Shown piece by piece: positions 17,655-27,558 of a DNA stretch of 49,115 nt. The stretch comes from Gemmatimonadota bacterium (GTDB taxonomy: Bacteria; Latescibacterota; UBA2968; UBA8231), in the NCBI GenBank assembly GCA_038128265.1, contig JAYPJE010000020.1, positions 23,677 through 72,791 on the forward strand. Reading direction: 5' to 3'. The position numbers were made by a program, and so were the translations under genes. Below the pieces are notes generated by a model, which did no database searches, was not told the origin of the DNA, and saw nothing but the letters and a program-made list of their open reading frames with translations. Position 1 is the stretch's first letter. Every line of letters begins with the position of its first letter.

Positions 17655-20600
17655 TTAGAGACCGAAGCCGAAGTAGTAGCGCCACGCATCGATCTTGCCC
17701 AAACTATCGGCGACCCGGTCGCGGTTGAGTGGGTGTGCCGCCTGAAAATAGGCGACCATCGGAATGCGATAGAAGGTGAAAAGCTGCATGCGCAGCTCAC
17801 CGCCTACGTCTGTTAAAAACTTATCCGTGTTGAATTTAACATCGTCAAAGCTGCGAAAGTTGCCCACTGCACCAGCCTCGGCAAAGACTTCGGCGTAGAG
17901 CCTGGAAAAGGTAAAGTTCAGAAAGCGCCGATTCAGTCGCTTAAATACCGGAAAACTATAGCTGATTTTTCCGTAGACCAGCTTGGAGCCCGAATCGGTA
18001 AAGTAGGGATAGCCGCTGAGAAAGTTTTGACCGCCGATGTAATAGCGCAGCGGCCAGTAAAAACGCCCTTCAAAAAAACCGCCGTCCTCTATAAAACCCG
18101 GCTTGAGCACGACGTTGCGATAGGCGCCAATGGCCTCCAGCGACAGCACGTTATCAAAGGGCAGCGGGATGCGCTCGCTGTAGGCGCCCACGTACTCGTT
18201 GACGCGAAAGCGCCGCGGCACCCGGGCGAATTGGTTACCCGGCACGCCATCGGCCGGCGTGGGCTGGGCGAGTGAGTCCGCCACCGTCGGCATCGCGTAG
18301 CGGTAGACGAGCGACAGCGCGCGGCCCGTTGGGCTAAAGGAACTCTCGGCCGTTGGGTAGATGAGGCGATAGTTCCACCCCAAACTCAGCGTGTGCGCGC
18401 GGTAAAACTCGATGCCGTTGTAAAAGTTGAGCGGCTCGTCGCCGCCGACTAGCGTGGTATCCTGTCCCAGCAGTTCCGAACCAACCTGCTCTGAAATATC
18501 GACGCCGTCTTGCACCAGAAATACCTGCGTCTGGCTGCGGAACTGGCGCAGCGTCCAACTCTCGTCATAGCCGCGAAACATGTACATCGCGTTCAGCTGC
18601 TGGCGACGCGTCAGCGGCAGATCGACACCCACGGCGATCTGGTTAACAGAAGTTTTAAACAAGTCCTGCCGACTGGTGCCCTGATACACGTGCTGCTCGA
18701 CGTCTGGAATTAGCAGACTCGTCGTGGAGTCGACGGGTATGGGATATATGCTGCTGGCCGCCAGCGTATCGACCGACAGGGTGCGCGTCTTGATTAAGTT
18801 GTCGATTTCACGGCGGCGGGCAGATACGTAAAACGAAGGGTTAAACGTGCGACTATTGCCGACCCGCGGCTGCAGACTGCGCTGATAGAAAAAGCCAAAA
18901 TCCGTATTGAGATCGGTCGCGTCGCGCATGTTCTTACCGAGGATACCCCAAGCCGTCACCTCCTGTCCTCCAAGCATATCACCGCTGGAAAACTGCAGGC
19001 CACCGCTGGCCTGATTGAGGCCAAAGGTATTGCCGACAAAAGTGGGTCCCACCTGCAAAAGCGGAATGTAGCGCAGCACGTTGCGCCCACCGTAGCGTCC
19101 CATCTTGAACTGCTCGGAGAGTTTGGGACCGTCGTAGATGGAACGGTAGTCGCGCAACGCGAGCCCATCAAAGTGGGCATCGCGCGTGAACTCGCCCATG
19201 CTGAAGCGATAGAGATCGTAATTATTGGAGTGATACGAGCTGTAAATGATCTCACCGTCGGGCGAAACCGTAGGAGCAAACGCGCCGCCAACTACGTTGG
19301 TTAGCTGTTCGACCTCACCGCTCTCCATATGATACTTGTAGATATTGAATATGCCCGTGCGATCCGATGCGAAGACAAAGCCGCTGCCGTCGGGCAGCCA
19401 GTAGGGGTCGCGTTCGTCTGCCGGTGAATTGACCACCGCTCGAAAGCCCGAGCTGTCGGGATGGGCAAAGGCAACGCTATCGGGAAACACCTCCACGACT
19501 TCTTCTTCCGCTTCCTCCTCTTCATCATCGCCAGCCGCATCGCCTTCGACCGTCAGCGTGATATCGATTGTTTCGCCGCCCGACTTCTTGCGGTCAAACC
19601 GCTTTGGGCGCGGAGGACTATCGGCGCGAATCATGGCAATATCGCGATCTTCACCGCGAAAAACGCTGAAGAGCAGCCATTCCCCATCGGGCGAAAACCG
19701 CGGACCGTAATACTGGGTAGCGTCGTTGTTGTTGGTCAGATACACCCGTCCGGTACCATCGCTGTTGACGATGGCCAGATTATTGGTGCCGTCTTCGTTG
19801 TGGACGTAGGCAATGCGCTTGCCATCGGGAGAAAACGCCGGGTCTTTCGAACGCAGATTGGCGCTGATGCGGCGCTCCTCATCGCTTTCGACGTCGTAGA
19901 TGTAAAGGTCGTTGTAGCCGTTTTTGGCGCGAGCATAGACGAGTTTTTTGCCGTCGGGCGACCAGCCCGTGCGCGAATCGATATATTCCTTCGACTTGTA
20001 GGTCTCGCCCGTCTCAAAGTCGTGTATCTTGAGATAGGGAATGGCATAATCCATTTTATCGCTGCTGACATACGCCAGTTTCTTGCCGTCGGGCGAATAG
20101 CGCGCGTGGTACTCGATAATGCCCTTGTTGAGCTGGCCGAGTTCCTCTCCCTCAAAATAGCCGCCACCGCGAATCTCGCTCTGCAGGCGCTCGTAGCTCT
20201 CGCTCAGATAGGCGATCCAATCGTCGTAAAACTGGTCTGCCGTTATGCCTAACACGCGCTCTATGGCCGGATCAAAGCTCATGGCACCCACGTGGTGGGT
20301 AAGCGCATCGACCTTTTCCGCTCCGTACTGGTCTTCGATGTAGAGCAACATGGCATAGCCCTGATTGTAAATCAGCTCGCCGTAGTACTTGCCCGATCGA
20401 CCAAAGACCGTGCCCATTTCTTCCCAAGAGAGCAGGTCGTCCTCGAGGACAGCCATGCGCAGCAGCATATCGCGATGCGAATCCCACCGATCGTAGCCGA
20501 ATTTGCGCGCACCGTACTGCGCAATGCCCTCGGACCAGGAGCGCGGCACGTTCATGTGATACAGGGGGAACTGGAACGATATGTCGGGATTTGAATCAAA

Positions 20601-21044
20601 GCGCGAAACGGAAATGAGCGCAAACTGAAAGGGCCATTTCTTGCGGGCCATATTCAGCGTAATAATGTGGTTCAGCTCGTGCGTCACCACGTTTTTAATC
20701 CAGTCGTGGCTGCCGCGCAGCTCCATGTCGAGATTGGTGGCCCAAATCGCCATGGTATTGCTGTAATAGTCGGCCCAGCCGTTACCCAACTGGTCAGACG
20801 TATCGAGGACCAGAACGTGAATTGTGCGAAATTCGTCGTAGTAGTTGTAGGCGGAAGCCAGCGTGGGAAATACTTCTTCGGCCGTTTCGGCAACGCGCCG
20901 AGCCGTCCCTTCGGAACCGGGCATAAAGTGGACGCGGAAGTGTTCCGTCACCAGCGTTTGCATCTGCGCCTGCGCCGTCCCGGCAAGCGTTACAACCGCC
21001 AGCGCCACTAGCCCCACGCGGAAAAAAGAGTTTCTTAGCAACAA
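17655..21044 (-). CDS. Outer-membrane protein: HExxH metallopeptidase domain, PD40/TolB-like propellers, probable Omp85-like beta-barrel
   Basis: Signal peptide ending AQA-Q; THELNH plus WSEGIAQY; many SPDG repeats; C-terminal LSGYP and terminal YYFGFGL strand. Confidence 0.8.
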   Translation of the reverse strand: MLLRNSFFRVGLVALAVVTLAGTAQAQMQTLVTEHFRVHFMPGSEGTARRVAETAEEVFPTLASAYNYYDEFRTIHVLVLDTSDQLGNGWADYYSNTMAIWATNLDMELRGSHDWIKNVVTHELNHIITLNMARKKWPFQFALISVSRFDSNPDISFQFPLYHMNVPRSWSEGIAQYGARKFGYDRWDSHRDMLLRMAVLEDDLLSWEEMGTVFGRSGKYYGELIYNQGYAMLLYIEDQYGAEKVDALTHHVGAMSFDPAIERVLGITADQFYDDWIAYLSESYERLQSEIRGGGYFEGEELGQLNKGIIEYHARYSPDGKKLAYVSSDKMDYAIPYLKIHDFETGETYKSKEYIDSRTGWSPDGKKLVYARAKNGYNDLYIYDVESDEERRISANLRSKDPAFSPDGKRIAYVHNEDGTNNLAIVNSDGTGRVYLTNNNDATQYYGPRFSPDGEWLLFSVFRGEDRDIAMIRADSPPRPKRFDRKKSGGETIDITLTVEGDAAGDDEEEEAEEEVVEVFPDSVAFAHPDSSGFRAVVNSPADERDPYWLPDGSGFVFASDRTGIFNIYKYHMESGEVEQLTNVVGGAFAPTVSPDGEIIYSSYHSNNYDLYRFSMGEFTRDAHFDGLALRDYRSIYDGPKLSEQFKMGRYGGRNVLRYIPLLQVGPTFVGNTFGLNQASGGLQFSSGDMLGGQEVTAWGILGKNMRDATDLNTDFGFFYQRSLQPRVGNSRTFNPSFYVSARRREIDNLIKTRTLSVDTLAASSIYPIPVDSTTSLLIPDVEQHVYQGTSRQDLFKTSVNQIAVGVDLPLTRRQQLNAMYMFRGYDESWTLRQFRSQTQVFLVQDGVDISEQVGSELLGQDTTLVGGDEPLNFYNGIEFYRAHTLSLGWNYRLIYPTAESSFSPTGRALSLVYRYAMPTVADSLAQPTPADGVPGNQFARVPRRFRVNEYVGAYSERIPLPFDNVLSLEAIGAYRNVVLKPGFIEDGGFFEGRFYWPLRYYIGGQNFLSGYPYFTDSGSKLVYGKISYSFPVFKRLNRRFLNFTFSRLYAEVFAEAGAVGNFRSFDDVKFNTDKFLTDVGGELRMQLFTFYRIPMVAYFQAAHPLNRDRVADSLGKIDAWRYYFGFGL

Positions 21045-21130
21045 AAAATCCGCCTTTCGCTAAAAGCGATCAGCGATCGGCGCCCATTCCGCACTCGCGG
21101 ATGCGCCAACCGCTGATGTCGCCCAGTAAA

Positions 21131-21159
21131 AAAATACTCGGGGGCGCCCCCCCTGTCAA
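21131..21159 (-). promoter_or_regulatory. Sigma70-type promoter of the outer-membrane protein operon
   Basis: Minus strand TTGACA, 17 nt, TATTTT. Confidence 0.65.
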
Positions 21160-21199
21160 AGGCTAACACCCACTGAAACAGCTAGATAGGCCGATTGCC

Positions 21200-21967
21200 T
21201 CAGCGGTACTGCTCCAGGTCACCAGCGTAGGTCAAACCCAGTATTTGGCGCGCACGCGCCGCGTTGCACGTCTCATCGGCTTCCGGCGTGCCGACGATAT
21301 GCAACACTTCGAAGTCGATGCCCTCGCATTCGACGGCCAGGCGACAGGCCTCGGCCAAATCGTGGCGGCATACCCAGCCGTTGCGCCGCGGCGATCCATC
21401 CGGCCCCAATTTCTCGCGCCCACGCCCCAGGCCAATGCGGCTGTCGACGATGTAATCGGGGCGCAGCACGGCGATAGACATGCCAAATGCGTCGTGGTAT
21501 TGCCGGCACATCTCTTCTTGCAGGCGCTTGCACACCGCGTAAAGCGATCCATCCGGCCGGCGCACCTCACCGGTGAAAAACGTACCGTTTGGGTGCACGG
21601 TCTGGCACGAACCCACGTGCACAACGCGCGCTATTTGACGCTGGCGCGCCGCCTCGAGCACGTTCCACAGACCCTTCAGATTAATGGAAAACGGCTTTTC
21701 GTCCTCCACACCGTATCCACCCGGCGTGCGCGTGCTATAAACGGCGGTGTGCACGATAGCCTCCACCCCTTCTAACGCCGCATCTACGTGCGCATAGTCG
21801 CTTATATCCCCGTAGCAGGCCTCGCCCTCCCATTTTCCGTCTATATCTTCCCAACTCTGCCAGGCCTCGGGGCCCCAGTCGATGGCGCGCACGGCGTGAT
21901 GCGCTTGCACATTGGCAATAATCGCGCGACCCAACCAGCCAGCGGCACCAAAAACGGCAACTTTCAT
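21200..21967 (-). CDS. NAD-dependent epimerase/dehydratase family (extended SDR)
   Basis: MKVAVFGAAGWLG Rossmann motif and YAVCK (YxxxK); start set at ATG 21967. Confidence 0.85.
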   Translation of the reverse strand: MKVAVFGAAGWLGRAIIANVQAHHAVRAIDWGPEAWQSWEDIDGKWEGEACYGDISDYAHVDAALEGVEAIVHTAVYSTRTPGGYGVEDEKPFSINLKGLWNVLEAARQRQIARVVHVGSCQTVHPNGTFFTGEVRRPDGSLYAVCKRLQEEMCRQYHDAFGMSIAVLRPDYIVDSRIGLGRGREKLGPDGSPRRNGWVCRHDLAEACRLAVECEGIDFEVLHIVGTPEADETCNAARARQILGLTYAGDLEQYR

Positions 21968-22019
21968 AAACGCTCTCTCTCGTTTATTATTGTGCACACC
22001 CACCACGAAAGGATGCACC

Positions 22020-22691
22020 GTGCACTACACCATCCACAAAGCAGCGCAGATGCCCGCGCCCAGCGCCGACTGGGATGCTCCTTGCTGGCAAGGGGCCGAA
22101 ACGCTGCGCGTGACCCACTTCCCGTGGGAAGACTCTGGCCATCGACCCGACGTGCAGGCCCGCGTACTCTACGACGACGATGCGCTGTGGATTCACTTCC
22201 GCGTCGAAGACCAGTATGTGCGCGCCGTGGCCGAACAGTTCCAGGACAGCGTCTGCCTCGATAGCTGCGTCGAATTTTTCGTCTCGCCGCTGCCCGATTC
22301 GGACGCCTACTTCAACTTCGAGGTCAACTGCGGCGGCACCATGCTGCTGCGCCGCTGTCCGTCTAGCAGCGAACGAGCAGCGGGACGCGCGGCCGACAGC
22401 GTCAGCGACGCCGACGGTGCCACCATTCAAATCGCCCACTCGCTGCCCAAGATCGTCGAGCCTGAAATTGCAGAAGAGACGACTTGGACACTCGAGTACC
22501 GCGTGCCCTTCGCCCTATTTTCAGCGTATTTCAACTGCGCCCCACCGCGCAGCGGCGATGCGTGGCGCGCCAATTTCTACAAGTGCGGCGACGCCACATC
22601 GCACCCCCACTGGGGGTCGTGGGCGCCGGTCGAAACGGAGCGTCCCAATTTCCACCAGCCTGCATTCTTTCAGCCGATACGCTTTGCCTGA
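22020..22691 (+). CDS. Carbohydrate-binding family 9-like protein
   Basis: DSCVEFF, YFNFEVNCGG, WRANFYKCGD, PNFHQP; GTG 22020 with AAAGGA SD; no signal peptide. Confidence 0.82.
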   Translation: MHYTIHKAAQMPAPSADWDAPCWQGAETLRVTHFPWEDSGHRPDVQARVLYDDDALWIHFRVEDQYVRAVAEQFQDSVCLDSCVEFFVSPLPDSDAYFNFEVNCGGTMLLRRCPSSSERAAGRAADSVSDADGATIQIAHSLPKIVEPEIAEETTWTLEYRVPFALFSAYFNCAPPRSGDAWRANFYKCGDATSHPHWGSWAPVETERPNFHQPAFFQPIRFA

Positions 22692-22700
22692 GAGGCGCCC

Positions 22701-23933
22701 TCAGCGCACATAGGCGGCCTCTACTTTGGCGAATGCCGCAGCGATGTCCTCCACTTCGCGCGCGCCGAAATTCTCGTGTATCGACAGCATAAAGTGGCTT
22801 TCGGCCGCCGCAACGGCACGGGGACAGTCAAAGCGAGCGGTGCGGTCGCCCTGATAGTCGGGCAATCCCCACGGGTAGTCGCTGCCGGGAAAAACGCAGC
22901 GCTCGCGAAACCACGTGGCCTCCGATGGAATGTGTCGATAGGACACACCGACCGGAATCCCCTCGGCCGCTACGGCGCGGGCAAAGGCGCCTTTGTCGAC
23001 CTTTAGCAGATCGGCGTCGACGAAAAACCGCATAAACCAGTACACGCCCCCTTCGCCGCCGGCTTCCCGACCAGGGCGCACCGCGCGCAGACCGGCGATC
23101 GACTCCTTGATTTGGCGAGCAATCTGACGCCGCCGTTCGATAATTTCCGGGAGGCGCTGTAGCTGCACGCGCCCGACGGCCCCCGCCAGGTCGTTGCCGT
23201 TTAGGTTCAGACCGGCGCGCACGTTGGAAGCGGCATCGCTATTAAACGGCTTGCCGCGATCGGCAAAGCGCTTGGCTTCCCAGATCAGCTCCTCCTCGCG
23301 GGAGAAGACCACGCCGCCCTGGGGCCCGGTCGCGTGGTGTTTACCGCTCATCGTCGAGAATGCGGCAATATCGCCAAGGGTGCCGACCATGCGCCCTTTG
23401 TAAAGGGCACCGTGCGCCTGCGCGCAGTCTTCTACTACGGGAATGCCGCGCGAGCGCGCCAGCTCTAAAATCGGATCCATATCGACCGGCTCGCCGGCGA
23501 TATGCGCCACGACGATGGCGCGCGTGTGCGGCGTCAGCACCGCTTCGATCTGTTCAGCGCCCGTGTTAAACGAGCCTTCGACCGCATCGGCGACAACCGG
23601 CACCTGACACAGCAGGGCCACCGGCATCACGCCACCCGGATCGGTTATGGGCGGCACGACAACTTCTCCGGCGACGGGCAAGCGCAGCGCGCCAAGCGCC
23701 ACGTAGAGAGCTGAAGTGCCCGAGTTCACTAAGTCGGCGTATCCGCCGCCCATAAACCCGACAAACTCGCATTCGTACGCTCGCTCTTCGGCGCCGTTGT
23801 AGCCAATGGCACTGCCGCTTTGCAGCGCCTCGTCAAAAAGGCGCACGACAACATCGCGCTCCCCTTCACCAAACAGACGGCGCGCGGGGAAGGCTTCACT
23901 CCGCACCTTTTCTCCACCATCTATTGCTAGCAT
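22701..23933 (-). CDS. DegT/DnrJ/EryC1/StrS PLP-dependent aminotransferase
   Basis: MLAIDGG, VNSGTSAL, EDCAQAHG, FSTMSGKH. Confidence 0.9.
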   Translation of the reverse strand: MLAIDGGEKVRSEAFPARRLFGEGERDVVVRLFDEALQSGSAIGYNGAEERAYECEFVGFMGGGYADLVNSGTSALYVALGALRLPVAGEVVVPPITDPGGVMPVALLCQVPVVADAVEGSFNTGAEQIEAVLTPHTRAIVVAHIAGEPVDMDPILELARSRGIPVVEDCAQAHGALYKGRMVGTLGDIAAFSTMSGKHHATGPQGGVVFSREEELIWEAKRFADRGKPFNSDAASNVRAGLNLNGNDLAGAVGRVQLQRLPEIIERRRQIARQIKESIAGLRAVRPGREAGGEGGVYWFMRFFVDADLLKVDKGAFARAVAAEGIPVGVSYRHIPSEATWFRERCVFPGSDYPWGLPDYQGDRTARFDCPRAVAAAESHFMLSIHENFGAREVEDIAAAFAKVEAAYVR

Positions 23934-24037
23934 CTACGCGCCTTTCGCTCTATCGCTCTGTCTTCTCGACGTTGGATACCGGCGACACTCCCTATATATT
24001 AGGTAAAGTCGTTTTGTCAAACCACAGTCCAATACGC

Positions 24038-25156
24038 ATGGAATCTATTCTACCCCTAGCGGCCTTTGTCGCCTGTCCGCTCCTGATCACGGCCCTTTGC
24101 ACCCCACTGGTAAAGCGATTGGCCTGGGCACTCGACCTGGTCGATCGCCCTGCTTCCGCTGACCACAAATCGCATAGCCAGCCGACGCCCTATGGCGGCG
24201 CGCTAGCCATGGCACTCGGACTCAGCATCGGTCTCTTTGTCTGCGTTCCCTCGCTCATCGTTGAACTACCCACTTTCCTCGCCTCCAGCGATGCAGCCTG
24301 GCCGCTTTCTTCGGCTTGGCTCGGCGGCGAATTTCTGCGACAGTCAGACCAGCTGACTAGTTTTCTGGCCTGTGGCATGGCGCTCTTTCTCCTCGGGCTC
24401 ATCGACGACTGGCGCGGCATGACACCCCTAGTGCGCCTGCTGGCCCAGCTCGCCTTTATTTCTCTACTCATCTACACGCAACCCGCCTTTCGCCTCGACC
24501 TGCTGCCGACCGTGCCCCTGCTCAACGCGGTGCTCAGCGTGGTGTGGATCGGCGCGATGACCAACGCCTTCAACTTTCTCGACAATATGGACGGCCTCAG
24601 CGCAGGCATCGGCGCCATTTGCCTAGTGCTGCTGGCTTTTGCCGCCCTGCTGGCCGGCGAACCCGGCATAGCCGTCGTCTGCCTGATGAGCTTTGGCGCC
24701 TGCTGCGGTTTTCTGCTGTTCAACCTGCCGCCAGCCAGCATTTTCATGGGCGATGCCGGCGGTCTTTTCCTCGGTTATGCGACGAGCGCCATCGCCGCCT
24801 ACCTCAGCCAGACCTACTCTTTTGCCAGCCTGCAGCCGGCACTGCAGTGGGCTCCTCTGCTGATTTTAGCCGTGCCAATATACGATTTTCTTAGCGTTAA
24901 TTTCCTGCGCATCAAGAGCGGACGCGCGCCGTGGATAGGCGATAAAAACCACATCAGCCACCGCCTGGTTCGACTGGGCTTTTCCCGGCGCGGCGCCGTT
25001 CTGCTGATCTACCTGTTGACGGCACTCAGCGGACTGCCCTCCCTACTCTGCGCCCAGCCGGCGGGCAATGCCGTCTGGCTGTGGTGCACGCCGTTGGCAC
25101 TGGCCATGCTAGCGCTGGCCGATGCCTATAGCTACCGCCCGCTGGAAAATTCGTGA
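24038..25156 (+). CDS. WecA/TagO (MraY-family) phospho-sugar transferase
   Basis: PTPYGG, LGLIDD, NAFNFLDNMDGL, IFMGDAG, GDKNHISHRL; start set at ATG 24038. Confidence 0.9.
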   Translation: MESILPLAAFVACPLLITALCTPLVKRLAWALDLVDRPASADHKSHSQPTPYGGALAMALGLSIGLFVCVPSLIVELPTFLASSDAAWPLSSAWLGGEFLRQSDQLTSFLACGMALFLLGLIDDWRGMTPLVRLLAQLAFISLLIYTQPAFRLDLLPTVPLLNAVLSVVWIGAMTNAFNFLDNMDGLSAGIGAICLVLLAFAALLAGEPGIAVVCLMSFGACCGFLLFNLPPASIFMGDAGGLFLGYATSAIAAYLSQTYSFASLQPALQWAPLLILAVPIYDFLSVNFLRIKSGRAPWIGDKNHISHRLVRLGFSRRGAVLLIYLLTALSGLPSLLCAQPAGNAVWLWCTPLALAMLALADAYSYRPLENS

Positions 25157-25818
25157 ACGACACCGCGCAGTTGGGTGGCGGCTATGCATCGGCCCAGCCC
25201 GACCCGCACCCTACAGCCAGCGCCGTTTTAGCTGCGGCACACGCCGGATCGCCGCACGCGCGGCTGGTTGTGCTGGCCGGCCCACCGGGCGTTGGCAAAA
25301 GCAGCGTAGCAGCCGAATTGATTCGCCTGCTGCCCGAATCGCTGCTCATCGACAAAGACCGCACGGCTGGAGGCTTTATCCTCGCAGCGGCGGCTCTGCG
25401 CGGCGATACCGCCGACCGCGCCTACGCGACCGACCACTACTGGCAGACGCTGCGGCCCCTCGAATACGCGGGACCAATGCGCCTAGCCTGCGACAACCTC
25501 GAGGGCCGACGCCAGGTGCTGCTGGTAGGTGGGTGGGGCCCAGAATTAGGTGTCGACGCGCTGTGGGCCGATCTGCGCAAGCGACTGCATCCGTCCTCGC
25601 TCTGCGTGCTGCACTTGGACCCACCGGGCCACGAGACTTGGCGCGCCCGACTGGCCGCACGCGGCTCGCGCGCCGATGCCCCCTACTTCGAGGAGCTGGC
25701 GCGCCACACGGGCAATCTGCCGGTGTGGCCAGATGCTATCCGCCTGTCGGCAGAAGGCTCGCTAGAAAACGTCGTGCAGCGTGCACTCGATGCTCTTGGA
25801 ATGCCTTTCAGCGCCTGA
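25153..25818 (+). CDS. Small P-loop kinase (AAA_33-like)
   Basis: LVVLAGPPGVGKS Walker A, IDKD, RARLAARG lid; GTGA overlap with the upstream gene. Confidence 0.78.
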   Translation: MNDTAQLGGGYASAQPDPHPTASAVLAAAHAGSPHARLVVLAGPPGVGKSSVAAELIRLLPESLLIDKDRTAGGFILAAAALRGDTADRAYATDHYWQTLRPLEYAGPMRLACDNLEGRRQVLLVGGWGPELGVDALWADLRKRLHPSSLCVLHLDPPGHETWRARLAARGSRADAPYFEELARHTGNLPVWPDAIRLSAEGSLENVVQRALDALGMPFSA

Positions 25819-25864
25819 AATTCCTTGACTTTTACCCCCATCGCGCTGTTCTTCTACCAGCACG

Positions 25865-27127
25865 ATGTCGATCCTGCACAGCGCCTCCGGCTACTTTTTA
25901 CTCCTCTGTATCGCCTGGCTGAGCGGCCAGCGCCCACAGCGCCTTCCCTGGAAGACCGTCGCGGTAGCATCCCTGCTGCAAGTCGCTCTAGCCGGACTAC
26001 TCCTACAGCCCGCGCTGCGCACGCCGCTCTTTTCCGCAGCGCACAGCCTGACGCAGCTGCTGCAAAAAACGGCGCTCAAAGCCAACGAATCACTGCTTTT
26101 TGGCGGCATGGCCAGCGAGGCGTTTGCCAGTCAGTTCGGCCCCGTCATAGCCCTGCAAATCGCCGCCATACTCATTTTCGTCGCGGCGCTTTCGCGCATG
26201 CTGTATCACTACCGCGTACTTCCTTGGCTAATCGCGCACCTCAGCCGCTTTATGCAGCGCGTGCTCGGCATCAGTTCGGCAGAGAGCGTCGGCGTCGCCG
26301 CCAACGTATTTCTCGGCATGACAGAAGCTCCTCTGCTCATCCGCCCCTACGTGGCGCGCATGACCGAAAGCGAGCTATTCTGCCTCATGACCGGCGGCAT
26401 GGCGACCATTGCCGGCACCGTTATGGTCATCTATGCATCCATGCTCGGCACCGCGCATCCGGATATTGCTGGGCACCTCTTTGTCGCATCGCTGATAAGC
26501 GCGCCGGCGGCCATTGCGGTGGCCAAGCTGATGGTACCAGAAACCGGCACGCCAGAGACGGCGCGCGCGCGCGTTGAACTGCCGCGCGAAGACACACTAA
26601 ACGGCCTGGATGCCGCCGCGCGCGGAGCCAGCGAGGGCGCCTTTTTGGTCATCAACGTGCTGGCCATGCTAATTGCCTTTATTGGCCTCGTCGCACTGGC
26701 CAACCACGGCCTGGGCTTTATTGACGGCTTGGTCAACGGCACCGATGCGGGTCGCTGGAGCTTGGAAGCGGCCTGTGGCTGGCTGTTTCGCCCGCTAGTG
26801 TGGCTGATGGGCATTTCTTGGGCCGAAACCGAAGCGGTGGGACGACTCATGGGACTGAAGACCATTCTCAACGAATTCGTCGCCTACCTGCAGCTAGCCA
26901 CCCTGATGAATGGCCCTACGCCACTGAGCGAACGCAGCTTTATCATTGTCACCTATGCCCTGTGTGGCTTCGCCAACTTCGGTTCTGTTGCCATCATGAT
27001 CGGCGGCATCGGCGGCATTGCGCCCGAACGGCGCGGCGACCTAGCTCGCCTGGGACTGCGCTCACTCGTGGGCGGCACGCTGGCTACCATGCTAACGGGG
27101 TCCATTATTGGGCTCTATGCGGCATAA
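25865..27127 (+). CDS. nupC: Concentrative nucleoside transporter (NupC/CNT family)
   Basis: ANVFLGMTEAPL, GMATIAG, KTILNEFVAY, YALCGFANFGS. Confidence 0.93.
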   Translation: MSILHSASGYFLLLCIAWLSGQRPQRLPWKTVAVASLLQVALAGLLLQPALRTPLFSAAHSLTQLLQKTALKANESLLFGGMASEAFASQFGPVIALQIAAILIFVAALSRMLYHYRVLPWLIAHLSRFMQRVLGISSAESVGVAANVFLGMTEAPLLIRPYVARMTESELFCLMTGGMATIAGTVMVIYASMLGTAHPDIAGHLFVASLISAPAAIAVAKLMVPETGTPETARARVELPREDTLNGLDAAARGASEGAFLVINVLAMLIAFIGLVALANHGLGFIDGLVNGTDAGRWSLEAACGWLFRPLVWLMGISWAETEAVGRLMGLKTILNEFVAYLQLATLMNGPTPLSERSFIIVTYALCGFANFGSVAIMIGGIGGIAPERRGDLARLGLRSLVGGTLATMLTGSIIGLYAA

Positions 27128-27220
27128 TTGCAATAAACGGGATCCTCCCAACGACTAAAGGCGTCTTTTTGGAGAGGCTACAACGCACAACCTACACACT
27201 CGGATAGATAGACGAGACTC

Positions 27221-27472
27221 ATGGCAAAAGACAGAAAACCAACGTATCGCTCGCAGTTTGACGGCCATCGTCGCCTGGCTGCAGCCGTCATCCTACAGGC
27301 CATCAAGGACGTGTCCGCCGCTCCTACCAATCAGGATCGCGAGACGGCCACGGAGTTCCTCGAGAGCGATATGTGGCCCTTTTCCGACGTTCTAGACTTG
27401 CCCATGGACGGTCAGGGCCTGCGCGAATACCTGCAGAGCATTGAAGGAATATCTTCGCAGATCAGTCGATAA
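27221..27472 (+). CDS. Hypothetical protein, 83 aa
   Basis: Clean ATG ORF with protein-like composition; contains RLAAAVILQAIKD...FLES. Confidence 0.7.
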   Translation: MAKDRKPTYRSQFDGHRRLAAAVILQAIKDVSAAPTNQDRETATEFLESDMWPFSDVLDLPMDGQGLREYLQSIEGISSQISR

Positions 27473-27558
27473 AAATGCGCTTGTGCAATGCGGAGAATTG
27501 CGTACGTTTACATCGTTGCGGTGCGCAGGCGGTGTGCCCAACTAAATATCTCGCGCTT

